Shown piece after piece: positions 12,026 to 26,218 of a stretch of DNA of 64,000 bases; positions within the stretch are counted from its first letter, which is position 1, and each line of letters opens with the position of its first letter. Position numbers and translations under genes: made by a program. The DNA is taken from positions 10,230,001-10,294,000 of the forward strand of contig CM069174.1 in NCBI GenBank assembly GCA_035221665.1, read 5' to 3'. The DNA comes from Okamejei kenojei (Eukaryota). The notes beneath the pieces were generated by a model. The model was not told the DNA's origin. It saw only the letters and a list, made by a program, of their open reading frames with translations, and searched no databases.

Positions 12026-15000
12026 TGAGACCAGATCCATAAGAGTCAATGAGCATGTTTCACCTTTTCTCAAGGATGTCTTCTAAAACCTTTGAGTCTT
12101 TTCCTCAATTTAATTGTAGTTTGATGTAAAATCACAATCATAGACGGGTAACTCATGGCAGGTGGAAGAGGTGGTTGGGTTGAATAGTATCGATTCATTT
12201 GGGAGGAGGCAGGAGATGTTGATGAGGGAGAGAGGAATGGAGGCACGTGTGGTTGGAATTGACTGGGGAAGATACGAAGCTGGCTTAATTGAAGCATAAA
12301 TGCATGGGCTGGTCAGGCCAGATGGCCTGTTCCAGTCTTGTGAAGCCCTTGAATTTGTTAAGGAACTAACAGGCATGCAGTTTATCTGATATTCTTGAAC
12401 TTTAGGAACGCCTTTTTACAAGCTACGACTTGGGAGATTACTGTAGAAGAGTAAGGATAATTTGAAAGATTGCAAGCTGATTTTTCTTTTTACAAATGTT
12501 CTTAAAGGAGAATAGATACATTTTTCCTGACTAATTGCAAATGGGTCACCGTGTCTGACTGCTGCCGTTCTGGGACCATTTCTAGTTGGTATGTTGTCTG
12601 TCATTGTCATTGTGTCCCCAAATGAATGGTGACATTTGCAGATGACATTGGAACAGTTAATTCTTTAAAAGATCCTGAGCAAAGAGATAGCGATGAGATG
12701 GGATGTACAGTTGATAATGTGGGAAGGTGTTGCATGTTACTTGCAGGTGGTGAGTAAAAATTAATGTGGCAAATAGAAGCTGTGAGCAATTTTCCTTCCT
12801 AGTTATACAATAGCGACAGACACAAATCCTCTGCAATGGATTTGTACAGATCACACTCCAGTGTGAGTGGGTTTTAATCTAAAGTGGTTAGCAGATTAAA
12901 ATGGTTTATCTCCTGCTTAATGTAAAAATCTATCATCTTTCATTTGGATAGTGTCTTGTGGCCACTCAGCTGCCTGTCGTATGAACGCAATATCTGATAA
13001 ATTAATTATCTTGGCTTTTAAATTAAAGACTGTGTTTGCAAGCTGGTCTCAGCTCAGAAATGGTCACAAACATGACCGCTCTGACTGCGAGTTTAATTCC
13101 GATTCGGTTGTCCCTTTTTTAGAAAGTATGATTGTGACATTTAATCCTTGCCAGTTCTTTCCAAAATCTAAGCAGAGAACTTGGGGGAATCCAAACTTTC
13201 CTATTGTCTAGAACATTGTATCAACTGATGGCATCAGCTAATTTTTTTTAATTCAAATGTAATTAAAAACATAAGTGTTTCAAAGTTACTCTTTGGACTT
13301 AAAACAAAATTAAAAATCCTTCTTTGATTTTTATGAATCCGCTGAAGAAATGTAAACCCGTTGGTGATATGGTATTGCACTCCTCCCATACTGGTGGGCC
13401 TTTTTTAATTAACTCCATCTCCTTTTCTTCCTCACTTACCCTTGAATGTGCCCTGCTCTGCTTTCAGGTTTAACTCCACAGCTTATTGTGTTTGTACTGA
13501 TATACATTGTTACAGGATCAGCTGAATTCCCCACCAGTGACAGTTGAACTAGTGGAAGTTATCCCCAAACATCTGGTCATACAGCAGCTGGAGTCTCCAA
13601 CGCTCTGTGCCACAGACTTTCAATGTGTACACACATTCTTAGTTTTTTCTTTCCATTCCTCTTTCCTCAAAACTATTCTGTCCAGGAATGGATGGATAAA
13701 AAGATGACAGAATCTCTTCATTCTCTTCCTTCTGGGTTTTAACGGGTTCAGATCAAAAACAGGCCAGCAATCCTCCTGGCTGCGGAAGGTGCAAAATGCA
13801 GAGAATGCGGGGGGGGGGGGGGGGGCAGCAAAGAGAGTGTTTATGTGTTGAGGACAAATTGAGAGTTTTTGACCAAATTGGTTATGTGCATTTTAAAAAA
13901 AACACTTCACTGACAGGGCTTTACAGTTTAAGTCTAAACTGGGGGCTGAAAAGAACAAGGTCTTACTTGGATTTATTTTAAATGTTTCATTCCAATAAAA
14001 CTCCATCTTGATTATAAAAGGCAACCTGTGCAGAATTAATATTTTCATTAATTTTGCTTTAAGAAGTGGCTTTTAAAACATGCAAGCTGAGTGCTGCCAA
14101 TCCCATGTGTTTGTGGGATGTGTTCTTGATAGAGACCAAAACTTGTTGCCTGACTTGACCGTGCATGTGTGGATAACTTTGCTGGTAAACTCCATCTTGT
14201 ACCTATCAAGCTCTTTTTACCGGAAAGAAGATCCCATTTTCCATCGTGCTCGCTTGTCACATTTCCTCCTTACCCTTATGTATTATTTGTCTGGACTATT
14301 GTGCTGACTGATTCATTCATCTGCTGTTCTAAATGGCTCCCTCTTGACTTGCTCTTTGTCATCACCAGTTTCAACATTGCTGTCTGTGTGCTACTTGTAG
14401 CCAGGGCTGTTTGCACTTACCTCGCACTGGGCGTAGAGTTTGTCCAGCATTTTGTGTGTCCCTTGCCTCTTTAGTTTTCTGCTTAATTAGCTTCCTTTTA
14501 ATTCTAATCATATGGGGCTCACTTGCTGCATTTTCCAATTTCCTCTGTACTCTCTTTAGAAGCTGAATTTGATTTTAACTGCTATCTCGACTCCTTGAAC
14601 GTTAAGGACTTGCAGCGCATTTGTATTATTTTTCTAAAGTTGCTGACCAAGGGAAGGCACTTTCTTTTGCAATAGGGAGCTGCATTAGCCTGCAGGCCGT
14701 CGCTGTGGGTGGGAGGCTGTGTGCTTGTGATTGCCCAAGCGATGGTTTCAGTCAAAGATTGTTTCCAGTGAGAGGTATCAAACAGAGGCTAGGCGCTTGG
14801 TCTCTGGAATATCTCCCAGGTAGTGTTCGAAGGCCTCTTGTGGTCTGGCTCTTTCTTTCACTTGCTCACTCTGTTCATGAGTGTCATGAACACAGGCACA
14901 TTTTTTGGAGTGAACCATGGGGTTAGGTTTAGCAGAGGAACATGACACTGAGGAAAAATATCAGCCATGGAGACTCAAGAGTGCAGATGTTGGAATCTTG

Positions 15001-15894
15001 AGCAAAAAACAGTGCTGAAGGAACTCAGCAGGTCAGGCAGCATCCATATAGGGAAATGGACAGAGTACTAAGAAAGGACATGTGGCTGTAGCAGCGAGTC
15101 TGGATGAGAATATGGTCGAGCAGTAAGAATCATGGAGGGGGAGCAGTCGGAGAGTACTGAAGAAGGACATTTCCCTCCACAAAAGCTACCTGAAACGCTG
15201 ATTCCCAAAAGATCACCTATGATTTAATCGCAAGGGGCCCAAATGGCCTCGTTTTTATTTCTCATGTTCTTTTGGGCCATGTACGATTGTTATCATAGCT
15301 TGCCATTCCAAAGTAGCAGACCATGAAGAGGGCCACTTACACTGGCCTCTGTGGATGCCTCGGGGCTGTCTGATGTTCCTGTCTGCTACATTGTCAAAAG
15401 CATTAACCCATGCTTCAACTGATTCATTTAAAAGTCAGGCAGTTTAAAAGCTAAAATAGAATAGAAGAATTTTGAGCAAACATTCTTTGCATCCATAAAA
15501 TATGATATAATTTCTGGGTTCTGGCTATGTTTGACTCTCATCCAGACAAGCGGAATTAAATGCCAGTTTCCTTGTACTTGATGTTTTGGAAGTTGGAGAA
15601 TCCTCATCGCAATCCCCTCCTCTCCCATTTGAATGAAATGGTTGGCATGATAAAATTTGTGTAGCCAGATGGAGCTAGTTCACTTTTCATTTCTGGAGTT
15701 TTAATCACATTTTTATTGGAAGATTACATTTTCTGATGTCTTGTGATTTAAAAAAAAAAATGTTTTTGCTTTTGGACAGTGCACTTCTATTGTCACTCAG
15801 AATGTGAAGATTTATGTCAACTTTAGAAGATTAGTTGAATGGATGAGTTTCTGATGGCAAAATTTTCATCAGAATTAAACATTTTTAAATGAAT

Positions 15895-16095
15895 GACGCG
15901 TTCTCTCCGTGATTTGTGTGTTTCCTCCGGGTGCTCCGGTTTCCTCCCGCATTCTAACATGCAGGTTTGTAGGTTAATTGCCCCCTGTGGGTAGGAAGTG
16001 AATGGGAAAGTAGGATTATGTAGAACCAGCGTGAGCAGGTGATCGATGGTCGGAACAATCCTGGTGGGCCAAATAGCATGTTACCATGCTGTAAT
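15895..16095 (+). mobile_element. V-SINE fragment (core and tail)
   Basis: GTTTCCTCCGGGTGCTCCGGTTTCCTCCC V-domain motif. Confidence 0.7.
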
Positions 16096-17053
16096 TTTCA
16101 ATTAGGTTCAATTCTTGAGATAATTGGAATCTGTAGGGATAGAGATTGAGCATTGCTTTGGCTAGTTGGTCAAGTGATTTTACACAGTAAGGGACTTTCA
16201 GCCTATCTGGCTTCGCAGACGACACCAGAGATTCTTTGCGTTTGTCTTTTTGAGTGTTTGGGAAGATTTTTTCCATTTTGCTTCCTTTCACTCGGGGGTC
16301 AAAAGCCAGGAGGTTGGTGAAAAAATAAATTTGTTGATATGATATTAACGTGAGAGGTTAATTTTGTGGTGAGATTTTATACAATAGCAATAATAGAATT
16401 TCTTAGAGTTAAACAGTTGCAGATAATCAATGCGTGTGGTACTTCATTGCAGATATCCAGTCTTCACTTTGCATTTGTGGTATTTTTACATATATATAAG
16501 CATTCTGCACTGACAGGCATTTTGCTCCCTATAATCACCACCACCTCCACCTTACACCGTTGTTTAATCCCTCATGCCTTTGTATTTGTTCTCTCCTATC
16601 CTTTTCCCCTTCTCTGCATCCCAAACCTGAAACAAACTCTCTTTCTCACCCTCCACAGATGCTGCCTGACTTGCTGAACATCTGTAGCATTTCCTGTGTT
16701 GATTTCAGATTTCCAGCATCTGCAGCATCTTTGGTATTCTGAAAAAGTTGCTCTTGTTCAGTTGAATATTTCAGGGCTATGGGCACAGCAGATATTTTGC
16801 ATGCTCTTACTACAAGTTCTTCGGCTTGTTCTTCAATCCTTTCCAGTCCCTACGGTTTGCATTAGAGTTACAGTGCTTCTCCCAGTCAAAGATTCTCCCA
16901 TCCCCTCTCCAAAAACTGGTGTGTTGATGCGTGGAAACCTGGTAACTGCAGTAGGAGGGAGAAGAGGAGACCCCAGCTGTAGCTCCATCCTATTTGCAAC
17001 GTGTAGTTTGTGTTAATAATCGACCGACCTCTGCCCTATTGTTCTCTTTGCAG

Positions 17054-17182
17054 GATTTCCTCATTATGTTTCTTCATCACCTTGCAACGGTCGGATTGAT
17101 CACATTTTCTTACGTCAACAACATGGTGCGGGTTGGAACACTCGTCATGTGCCTTCACGACACATCTGATTTCCTTTTAGAG
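17054..17182 (+). CDS. CERS5: Ceramide synthase 5, Lag1p-motif exon (129 nt)
   Basis: ttgcAG|GAT...GAG|GTgag; [43 protein letters not shown] with the conserved HH and HDxSD residues. Confidence 0.97.
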
Positions 17183-17427
17183 GTGAGAATATTTTGTAAA
17201 ATGCTGCCTGCAAGGAATCTGCGATTCTCTGCGGAGTGGAGGGTAATTGGTTCTCAGTCCCATCAGACAGTGACATTTAGCTGTTGTCGACTGTCATCAG
17301 CACAGTACAAAACTTACAAAGAAAGCCCCCACAGAAAGTGAAAACTGTGATAAGAAGGCAGGGAAAAAATCCCATCTGGGAATAAGTCTAAAACTTCAGT
17401 CTGATAACCTAGTTCAAATAATGGTTA

Positions 17428-18996
17428 CAGTGCCCTCCATAATGTTTGGGATAAAGACCAATCATTTCTTTATTTGCCTCTGTACTCCACAATTTGAGAT
17501 TTGTAATAGAAAAAAAAAATCACATGTGGTTAAAGTGCACATTGTCAGATTTTAAAGCTTTTTATACATTTTGGTTTCACCATGTAGAAATTACAGCAGT
17601 GTTTATACCTAGTCCCCCCCCCATTTCAGGGCACCATAATGTTTGGGACACAGCAATGTCATGTAAATGAAAGTAGTCATGTTTAGTATTTTGTTGCATA
17701 TCCTTTGCACGCAATGACTGCTTGAAGTCTGCGATTCATGGACATCGCCAGTTGTTTGGTGTCTTCTCTGGTGATGCTCTGCCAGGCCTGTATTGCAGCC
17801 ATCTTTAGCTTATGCTTGTTTTGGGGGCTAGTACCCTTCAGTTTTCTCTTCAGCATATAAAAGGCATGCTCAATTGGGTTCAGATCAGGTGATTCACTTG
17901 GCCACTAAGGAATTGACCATTTTTTAGCTTTGAAAAACTCCTTTGTTGCTTGAGCAGTATGTTTGGGATCATTGGGTTACACAAAAAGCTGGAGAAACTC
18001 AGCGGGTGCAGCAGCATCTAAGGAGCGAAGGAGATAGGCGACGTTTCGGGTCGAGACCCTTCTTCAGACTGGTCAGTTTTGAGGCAATTGAAAGATGTTG
18101 ATGAACTTGATCAGAGAGGATGTGTCTATACACTTCAGAATTCATTATGCTGGACTACCATCAGCAGTTGTATTATCAATCTGAAGATAAGTGAGCCATG
18201 CTTGGGTCCCTGAAAGGAGTGACAAGTGTTGCATTCAAGGGAAAGTGCAAGGGAGCCATTACATGCGGGTGGAGGGGTCAGGCCTGGCGCGGATAGTTGT
18301 ATTTGCACCCCTGAGCCTCCATCAGTGGGGGAGTCGAGCCTCAGAGAGTTTTAAGAATGAGGCCATGTGATGACATGGAGCAGATGTAGACCCAGATAGG
18401 ACAATGAAATTCTTGCAATTTGTCACAGTTGAGGTTTTGGTATGCTTTGGATGACTTGGCAGGGGCACTGGTACCTTCTCTCTGGGCTCCATATTTTGTT
18501 CTTTGAGGGTGAGGACCAACTCACTCTGAGGAAGAACCGATAAAGTTAATCTGGTTGTCCTGGAGAATGGAATGCATCTGTCCACAAGGGGGATAGGATG
18601 GCCCTTTTCCAGAACTGTGGTTGCTCTTTTAAGTAGGCTTATTGGCAAACTGTAACCTGGCCATCCTATTTTCGCAGCTAACCAGTGGTTTGCATCTTGC
18701 AGTATTTCTATTCATGAAGTCTTCTGCGGACAGTGGTCATTGACAAATCCATACCTGACTCCTGAAGATTCAGGTGTGGGGGGGGGGGGGGTACTATGTA
18801 TAAACACAGCTGTAATTTCTACATGGTGAAACCAAAATGTATAAAATACCCTTTAATACAATCTGACAATGTGCACTTTAACCACATGTGATTTTTTTTT
18901 TTTTTTTTTTTTTTCTATAACAAATCTCAAATTGTGGAGTGCCGAGGCAAATAAATAAATGTTGGGTCTTTCTCCCAAACATTATGGAGGGCACTG
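17428..18996 (-). mobile_element. Tc1/mariner DNA transposon of IR/DR type, defective
   Basis: TA|CAGTGCCCTCCATAATGTTTGGGA...TCCCAAACATTATGGAGGGCACTG|TA; ~200-bp TIRs; inner direct repeat at ~17630-17650. - strand remnants ARCKPLVS...YLKEQPQFWK, WPSESPDLNPIEHA and RRLQAVIACKGYATKY*. Confidence 0.93.
17974..18070 (-). mobile_element. Penelope-derived short element with minimal hammerhead motif, nested in the Tc1
   Basis: - strand AGTCTGAAGAAGGGTCTCGACCCGAAACGTC at 18040-18070; near-identical to the copies at 33076 and 33962. Confidence 0.8.
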
Positions 18997-21742
18997 TATG
19001 AATGACTTTACATTTGAATTTTGTGATTTACAAGCCTGCAATTGTTTAGAAACATTACCCCCCCACACTCGAGGCCCCCCACCTAAATGTGATTTGCACG
19101 TATTTAGATGACAAAAAGTGTTTATTAAATATTCCTTAAGATGAACACCTCAGATTCGAAAGGAAACTGAAGTTTGGTCCTTTTGTTCTCTGTAGAATTT
19201 CATCAAAGGTTTCCACCCAGCAAGTGTTTCATTTCTCAGGCTTGTACTTGCCAGCATCAATTTAACTTTGCTATTTGAAGTTTTGTGTGGACTTTGCCCT
19301 CCTAAAACTTCAACCCATGAGATACGTCACTAACCCAACCTCGCCAAACCCAAGGCAGAAGCTGCTCCAAGCTGGGCTGTTGATCCATGTCGTATTCTGA
19401 TGTGGCTTGGAATTGAACTCCCATTATGGAACAGAGGGAGGCCATTTGGCCCTTTTGAGCCTAATGACTGCAGCAATCCTGCCAGATCTTTTTCCTTGCT
19501 CTTTCCGCATAAATCTAAGATATTCTATCTCATGAGCCAAACAAATTTTGAAAGCCCTGATTGACTCTGTTTCTACCACGCATACAGTCAGTGAGCTCCA
19601 GATCACTGCCGATTTCCTTGCGTCCCCCTTTAAAGCTGTGTCCCTAGTCCTCAAACTGCCCACCAATGGGAACAGCTATCTTCTCCCCCCCCCCATCTCA
19701 ATCTGTTGTGATATCATGCACATTTCTGTTCAACCTCCTCTCAATCCTCTTTGCTCCAAGAACATTATTTCCAGTCTTCTGACTGGCATCACTAATGCCA
19801 TTTGGCACGGCATCTTAGGGCCATGACATCTGAGCTTTGTGCCCTCTGACTGCCCAAAACCCACAAATGCAATGCTTTCAGCTTTCTGATCCAGAATTGC
19901 AATTGTGTGAGAGGTTACAATTCCCAATCTATGCCAGGATGAGTGCTTTAAATAAAAGGAGTGCACAACCATTTTTTTTTTTTCTCCTCGCCTAACTTAC
20001 CATAAAATACATGGAAGTTAATAATATCCCACAGTATCTTGCAAAGCCCAAAGCCACACAAAGAAAATGACCAGAGTGTAAATGATCCTGGTTATGTTGG
20101 TTACTTTCCTGAGTTAAGTGTGGATGGTATTCATTTGGGTGGGGGAGGCTGATTTGCGTAATGAATTGGGCTGTATGAGAACTCTGCAATTTCTTCCAGT
20201 CTTGAGTGCAGAGCAGTTGCCCATAACAAGCCGAGATGCATCCCGATCGGATGCTTTTCATGATGTGTTTGTAGAAATTGGTAAGAGTCATTGGATACAT
20301 GCCAAATTTCCTTCAGAGGAAGTAAAGGTATTTATGTGCTTGGAGAAACAAGGAACTGCAGATGCTGGTTTACAAAAATGACACGGTGCTGGTATCTCAG
20401 CAGGTCAAGCAGTTTCTCTGGAGAACATGGGTGCCATTTCAGGTCGGGACCGTTCTTCAGACGAGTCCTGACCCGAAACATCACCTATCCATTTTCTCCA
20501 GAGATGCTGCCTGACCCGCTGAGTTACTTCAGCACTTTGTCTTTTTTTAAATTGATGTGCTTTTTTGATCGTGGTGTTGAAATTGCTGGTGACAGTTATA
20601 CCTAGGAACTTGAAGCTCTCAAAATGGGGTGGGGGCAGAAAGCTTAGGACTTGCACCAAATTGAATTTGAGGTGAAGGTATGTGACAGTGAAGGAACAAG
20701 TGTGCAGTGAACAAAGTCTGAAGGTTGGGTGAAAGTGTCTGGTTAGATGAAAGCTGCAGGGCTGGAAAGGCGATGGTCCAGGCCTCTGAAGTGGAATGAT
20801 TATGTTGCTGATTGCCTGGGACCTGGAAACCATGGTGTTTGGCGAAAACGTCAGCGAATGATGTGTGTTTCTGCTCTGCGACCTTGGGTTTCTGAATGAG
20901 TTGAAATCTGTTTTAGATGTAGCAGAGGAGGCTGTTCGCAGATGGGTTTAAAACAAAACACTTCAGTGGCAGAAGGAATGAGATGTCTTAGACAGCTTGT
21001 GGGATGGGAGACACTTGAGGGAGCAGGCTGCAGGTGTGGAGTTTGAAGCAGAGGTCAGACGGGATGCCCTGTTACACTCCTGCATCTAACAGGAGCGATG
21101 GGATCTGTGCCTGAAGCATGATCTTCTGTGAAGCCAAACAGGATGGTGTTTGCCGGTCAAGTGACCGCTTGTATTCCATCTGTAAACATTTCTGGATTAA
21201 TTTTGTGGAATCTTTTCTTTCCCAGCGCTGGAAAGTAGTTGGAAAATTGCTTGTGTGATCACTCTTGCAGATGCACACAATGTTGGAAATTTCTCAGCTG
21301 AAATTGTTTAGTGGTTGTCTCGATTGTGGTTGAAGAGTAATGAGGCTCACAAAACTAACAAAGCATTTTGCTTCTCTCGTGTTCATAGCACCCTCCAAGC
21401 AGCCCAGTGATGTATTGCTCGTTTTATTTGTCTGTACTCGCCACAATTTGCCAATTTACTCAACAAACAGAGCATAAAGCGGAGGTTGAAAATGTCCTTT
21501 TCAGGTTGAGTCAAAGCTGGACTGAAGTAAGAGTACTGAGGGTTGGTGCAGAGCTGCCCAAATCTCAAATGTTCCAAATTAATCTCGAGTGTACTGAGAA
21601 TGACGCTATCCAAGGGACAGGGGGACTAGTTAACTTTTTCCATTTGGTGACAGTTTTCTCAGATGGCCTTGCTTTAATCTCCTGCCCCATCAGCTCTACG
21701 ACACAGTGCACTAATGAGCTCTTTCTCTGTTTTGCCTTCCAG

Positions 21743-21849
21743 GCTGCTAAATTAGCCAATTACGCCAAGTATCAAAGACTTTGCGACTCATTATTTGTGA
21801 TGTTTGGTTTTGTCTTCGTCAGCAGTAGGCTTGGCATTTACCCATTCTG
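21743..21849 (+). CDS. CERS5: Ceramide synthase 5, internal exon (107 nt)
   Basis: ttccAG|GCT...TTC TG|GTgag; AAKLANYAKYQRLCDSLFVMFGFVFVSSRLGIYPF(W). Confidence 0.97.
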
Positions 21850-22464
21850 GTGAGTAATAGCTGTGTGGGGAGGTTTGGACCTCTAGCTGAGATCCTGGGG
21901 AAGAGAGAAACTGATCAATTTATTTTTGATAGTTTAGTTTTCTGATGAATTCTGCATTGGTGTAATAATGTGTATAACAGTTCAATTTACTTGAAAAAAT
22001 GCACTTGGATTTTCTAAGATGTGTTGGGAATTATAGTGAAGAAGCTTGGGGCATTTGAAAGAAAACGTTTCCCTTTTGATTGTATATGCCAGGTTGCTAG
22101 CTACATATTACATACGGTCTCCCTCCTAATGGCAACGCTTTAGAACTGAGCTAAAAAAAACAAAAGTGGCTGGAGGAACAGGCAGCATCTGTGGAGTTAC
22201 TCCAGCACTTTGTTTTTTGCTCAAGATTCCAGCATCTGCAGTTCCTTGTGCCGCCTTCAGAACTCTAGTGGGATCAAATTCATAAAATGAAGGGAGCAAG
22301 AAAATGTTTGTATCCTGAAGTCATTTCCATGACACACTGCCTCCACTCAGTACAACAAAATAAGTCGCCATTATCAATGCCAATTAACATTCTTTACCAC
22401 CTGCTCTCCCCTCCTCAAAAAAGGACTAGAAGAGCTGTGACCGACAGCATTAGTGACCCATTTA

Positions 22465-22750
22465 GTTCAATTTAGAGATATAATGTGGAAGGAAGGCTCT
22501 TCGTCCCATTGAGTGCACACCAACCATCAATTACCCATTCATGCTAGTTCCACTAGGGGGCAATTTACAGAGGCCAATTAACCAATTGAACGTCTTTGGG
22601 ATGTGGGATGAAACCGGAGCACCCAGAGGAAACCCACACGGTCACAGGGAGAATGTGCACATTCCACACAGACAGCACCCCAGGTCAGGATTGTACCTGG
22701 GTCTCTGACGCCGTGAAGCAGCAACTCCACCAGCTGCATCACCGTGCCGT
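22465..22750 (-). mobile_element. V-SINE (tRNA-derived head, V core)
   Basis: Reverse complement shows a tRNA-like head (GGCACGGTGATGCAGCTGGTGGAG) and core GTGGGTTTCCTCTGGGTGCTCCGGTTTC. Confidence 0.8.
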
Positions 22751-25689
22751 CCATTGGGGGAAGGTAGAATTAAAGTGTGATTTATTTTGCTCCCAACATG
22801 GACCTGACGGACAGAGTGGCCACCTTCTCCCTGTATAATTCCTCTGAATTTCTCCTCTGATGAGATGGCTGGCTGCAGTATGGGAAAAGTGTAACCTACT
22901 CCTCCCTCTTTCTTCTTGTTTCTGCTTGTTTTTAGCATTGTGGCACTGAGTGAAAAGATCTTGGTGCTGACAGTGTCACCGATGGTCAGAACAGCTGCAT
23001 TGTAGATTAACAATGACCATTACTTTTTCTTCCTTGCCAAATGGAGAGAGACTGAAGAGCAACATTAATTTTGTGTTCTGGAATACTTCCATTCTAAGTC
23101 CAGGTTCTGGTCTTGCTCCAAATGCTTTTTTGTCATCTGTTAGGGGATTGGAGTGCCAGCACGATCTGACATATCACCGCAATACAAAGCCTGTCATGAT
23201 TTGTTCTGCAGGTTTTCACAAGGCAATGAAAATTGATAATTGATTTGCTTTCCTGCTCTTTTTTGTTTTATGCTGGCTAAATTCTTGTGTCCCCGATTGC
23301 AGGATTTGGAGGGACCTGCCCTCACTTTATAACCGGTATGTTGTCGAGGCTCCCGCATCGCATTTTCTACGGTGTAGTGACTTTTCCTGTAACCATATTG
23401 CAAATATATTTGTTGAGACTGCCACTCAAGTGAATTCTCTGGTGATGTGTGAGAGCTGCAGGCTGCTCAGATCTGCTGGTTTCTGATTTACAGGGGATAG
23501 GTTTACAAGATGAATGGAAAGCCTGGAGCTTATTTCACCACCAGCATCACACCCTGCAGCGCTGTGACATGCATATGCTTGTGCGGGGCACTGTGCAGAG
23601 TTGCACGACCAGTGAAGCCGTATAAAGTTGCCCACAACTTCTGTAGCATGTATAACTGGCTCCTGCTCCAAGTAGACAAATTCCTCGTAGCTTCTCCTTG
23701 GAATTCGAAGGATCCTAATTGCCATGTTTCCTCAGCCCATGAAGTTTAACCTGGCTCCTAAACATCCCATTTCCCCTACAATTTTAATAGTCTTTCTGCG
23801 TTCCTGATGTGAGATTGTTCCAGGAAATAAATTAAGTATTTTAGCTGCCCATTCCCTCTGAGTCGGTGAGTGACTCGCTGTGTCCTTTGCGTTTTGCTCA
23901 AGATTCCAGCATCTACAGTTTCTTGAGTCTCAACTTTCCTTCTTTGCACTTCCCCCTAGCCTGTCATCACAGCTGATCTTCAACCCCATGACATTTTCCT
24001 GCACGATCCACAGCTCTCCATGCCCTTAATAGGTGAAACTGTTAGTCACACAGCATGCAAACAGACCCTGTATCCCTCGAGTGTCAAAAGTTCCATCAAT
24101 GTTCACCTTGAATACACCAGTTGGCTGAGTATTGCTGGTTGTCTTGAGTAGTGAGTTCCCAAGGTGGCCAAGATTGGTGATGAGTTCTCAGACCTTTTGC
24201 TATACAACATCCATGCCTTAAAGGCTGTCTTCCTGTTAGCTGCCAAAGTGAAAATAATTTTATGCAACCCAGCTTCAAATGGGATTCTCAAACAGCAGAT
24301 CTCTCACGGTGTAGCAGATGTGAAAACTGTAGCTAAGGAAAACCAAGTATGTGGTGTGTATGGGTGATAATGAACTTGCTTTCACCATGTAAACACTTTC
24401 AGTGGTTTGATTGGATATAATGTGCGAGCTGCTGTTACTGTTTTTGGTTTGATTGTGGTGCACGTACCCGAGCGCATTCCAAGATCTCCAGCACCTCGTT
24501 CAAGTGGCTATTCCCAGATTGGAGAGCCCATCACTTGCCAATCAAGTTCAGACCAAGCAAATAAGTGCTGGCATACGTTCACATCTGCTTAAGGCTTTGC
24601 AGTGGAGCCCAATGGTGTTCTTTCTCTTGCTTCCACATGTTCATCAGATCACTTATAGGTCATCAGGAGCAACAAGCCCAGCTAACTTGTGTAGCACACA
24701 AAATCTCCCGCGCACGAAGAACGAAGACCAAATTTAGGAGATGGAAGGGGCAAAGTTTAAAGGAGATGTGCGAGGCAACTTTTTTTTTTGAGCGTGCTGT
24801 CAGGGGTGGTAATGGAGGCAGATACAACAGTGGCATTTAAGAGGCTTATAGATGGGCACATGGATATGCAGAACATGGATCATTTAGTTTAACTTGGCAT
24901 CACGTTTGGCACAGACACTGGGGCAAAGGACCTGTGACCTGTGCTGTACTATTGTAAGATTGAAGATTAATTGAACCAGGGTAAACAAATGGAATTAATT
25001 CCCCATTTTAAGATTGTGCTTTTAAAATAAAAATTATTAGATATTTCTGCCCACATTGACAATGGAAATTGCCGACGTAAATTTGCTGTTAGCCCCCCTC
25101 CCCTGCCAGTGATGGCAAGGCGGTATCTTTACTGGGAGGATGTAATTACAGAATAAAGGATTTGCGTAGATAGTTTATATTATTAATGCCCAGTCCTGAA
25201 TTAATGATAGTAAAGTTCACATGAAGTGCAGATGTAAGTTGTTTCTTAACTATAGCAATAGAAAGTGCTGTAAGACGCAGTATCTTTGTAACTACTCAAA
25301 TTACTTGACTTTTTGCCAAAATTACCTTGTATGTGAGTTCTCAAAATGGATTGTAGTTTTAGTGCCCTGTAACATCGTAATAACTGGATGGTTCCCAGTC
25401 CAAACATGTATTTAATGATAAACTGAGCCACTGGGTTATATTGATTCAACTATCTGATTCTGTTTTTACTGCCTGCATTTATGAGATGTTCCTGATGTTT
25501 CTTTTTAGGATTGCATTCCACGATTCTATCAGCTGCACCCTTGCTAACAGCAAACTCCGGCAGTTTGTTGCTGTACACTCAGTGTTTCTTGCATTAGCTG
25601 ATCTGGTTTCAGCTATAGTCTAGGCTCCGGACAGAAGAATGCTGTGGAAAAACTTTGTTTTGTATGCTGTCCAAGCAGATCATACCAAA

Positions 25690-26218
25690 TGTAGTGGTTC
25701 TGCAGATAATAGGGAAGGTTGTGAATGATTGCAGCAGGATCTGGATCGATTGGCTAGGTGGGCGGAGGAATGGTTGATGGAATTTAATGCAGAGAAGTGC
25801 GAGGTATTGCATTTTGGGATGTCGAACAAGGGTAGGACCTACACAGTAAATGGCAGGCCTCTGGGTAGTGTTGTAGAGCAGAGGGATCTAGGAGTACAGG
25901 TGCATGGTTCCTTGAAGGTCAAGTCACAGGTAGATAAGGTGGTCAAAAAGGGGAAAAGATTTAATAGGAATCCGAGGAGTAACTTTTTCACACAAAGTGT
26001 GGTGGGTGTATGGAACAAGTTGCCAGAGGAGGTAGTTGAGGCTGGGACTATCCCATTTTTTTTTTTAAAGAAACAGTTAGACGGGTAATTGGCTAGGACA
26101 GGTTTGGAGGGATATGGACCAAGCACAGGCAGGTGGGACTGGTGTAGCTGGGACATTGTTGGCCAGTGTGGGCGAGTTGGGCCGAAGGGCCTGTTTCCAC
26201 ACTGTATCACTCTGACTA
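25690..26218 (+). mobile_element. CR1 LINE 3' fragment with internal deletion
   Basis: LQQDLDRLARWAEEWLMEFNAEKCEVLHFG...RDLGVQV joined to FFTQSVVGVWNKLP, followed by a CR1-type 3' UTR. Confidence 0.88.

Noticed and set aside
16994-17341. ORF-track proteins around CERS5 exons (also 21407-21853 and 27277-27543)
   Set aside because: Only the splice-bounded parts are coding; the flanks are intron read-through.
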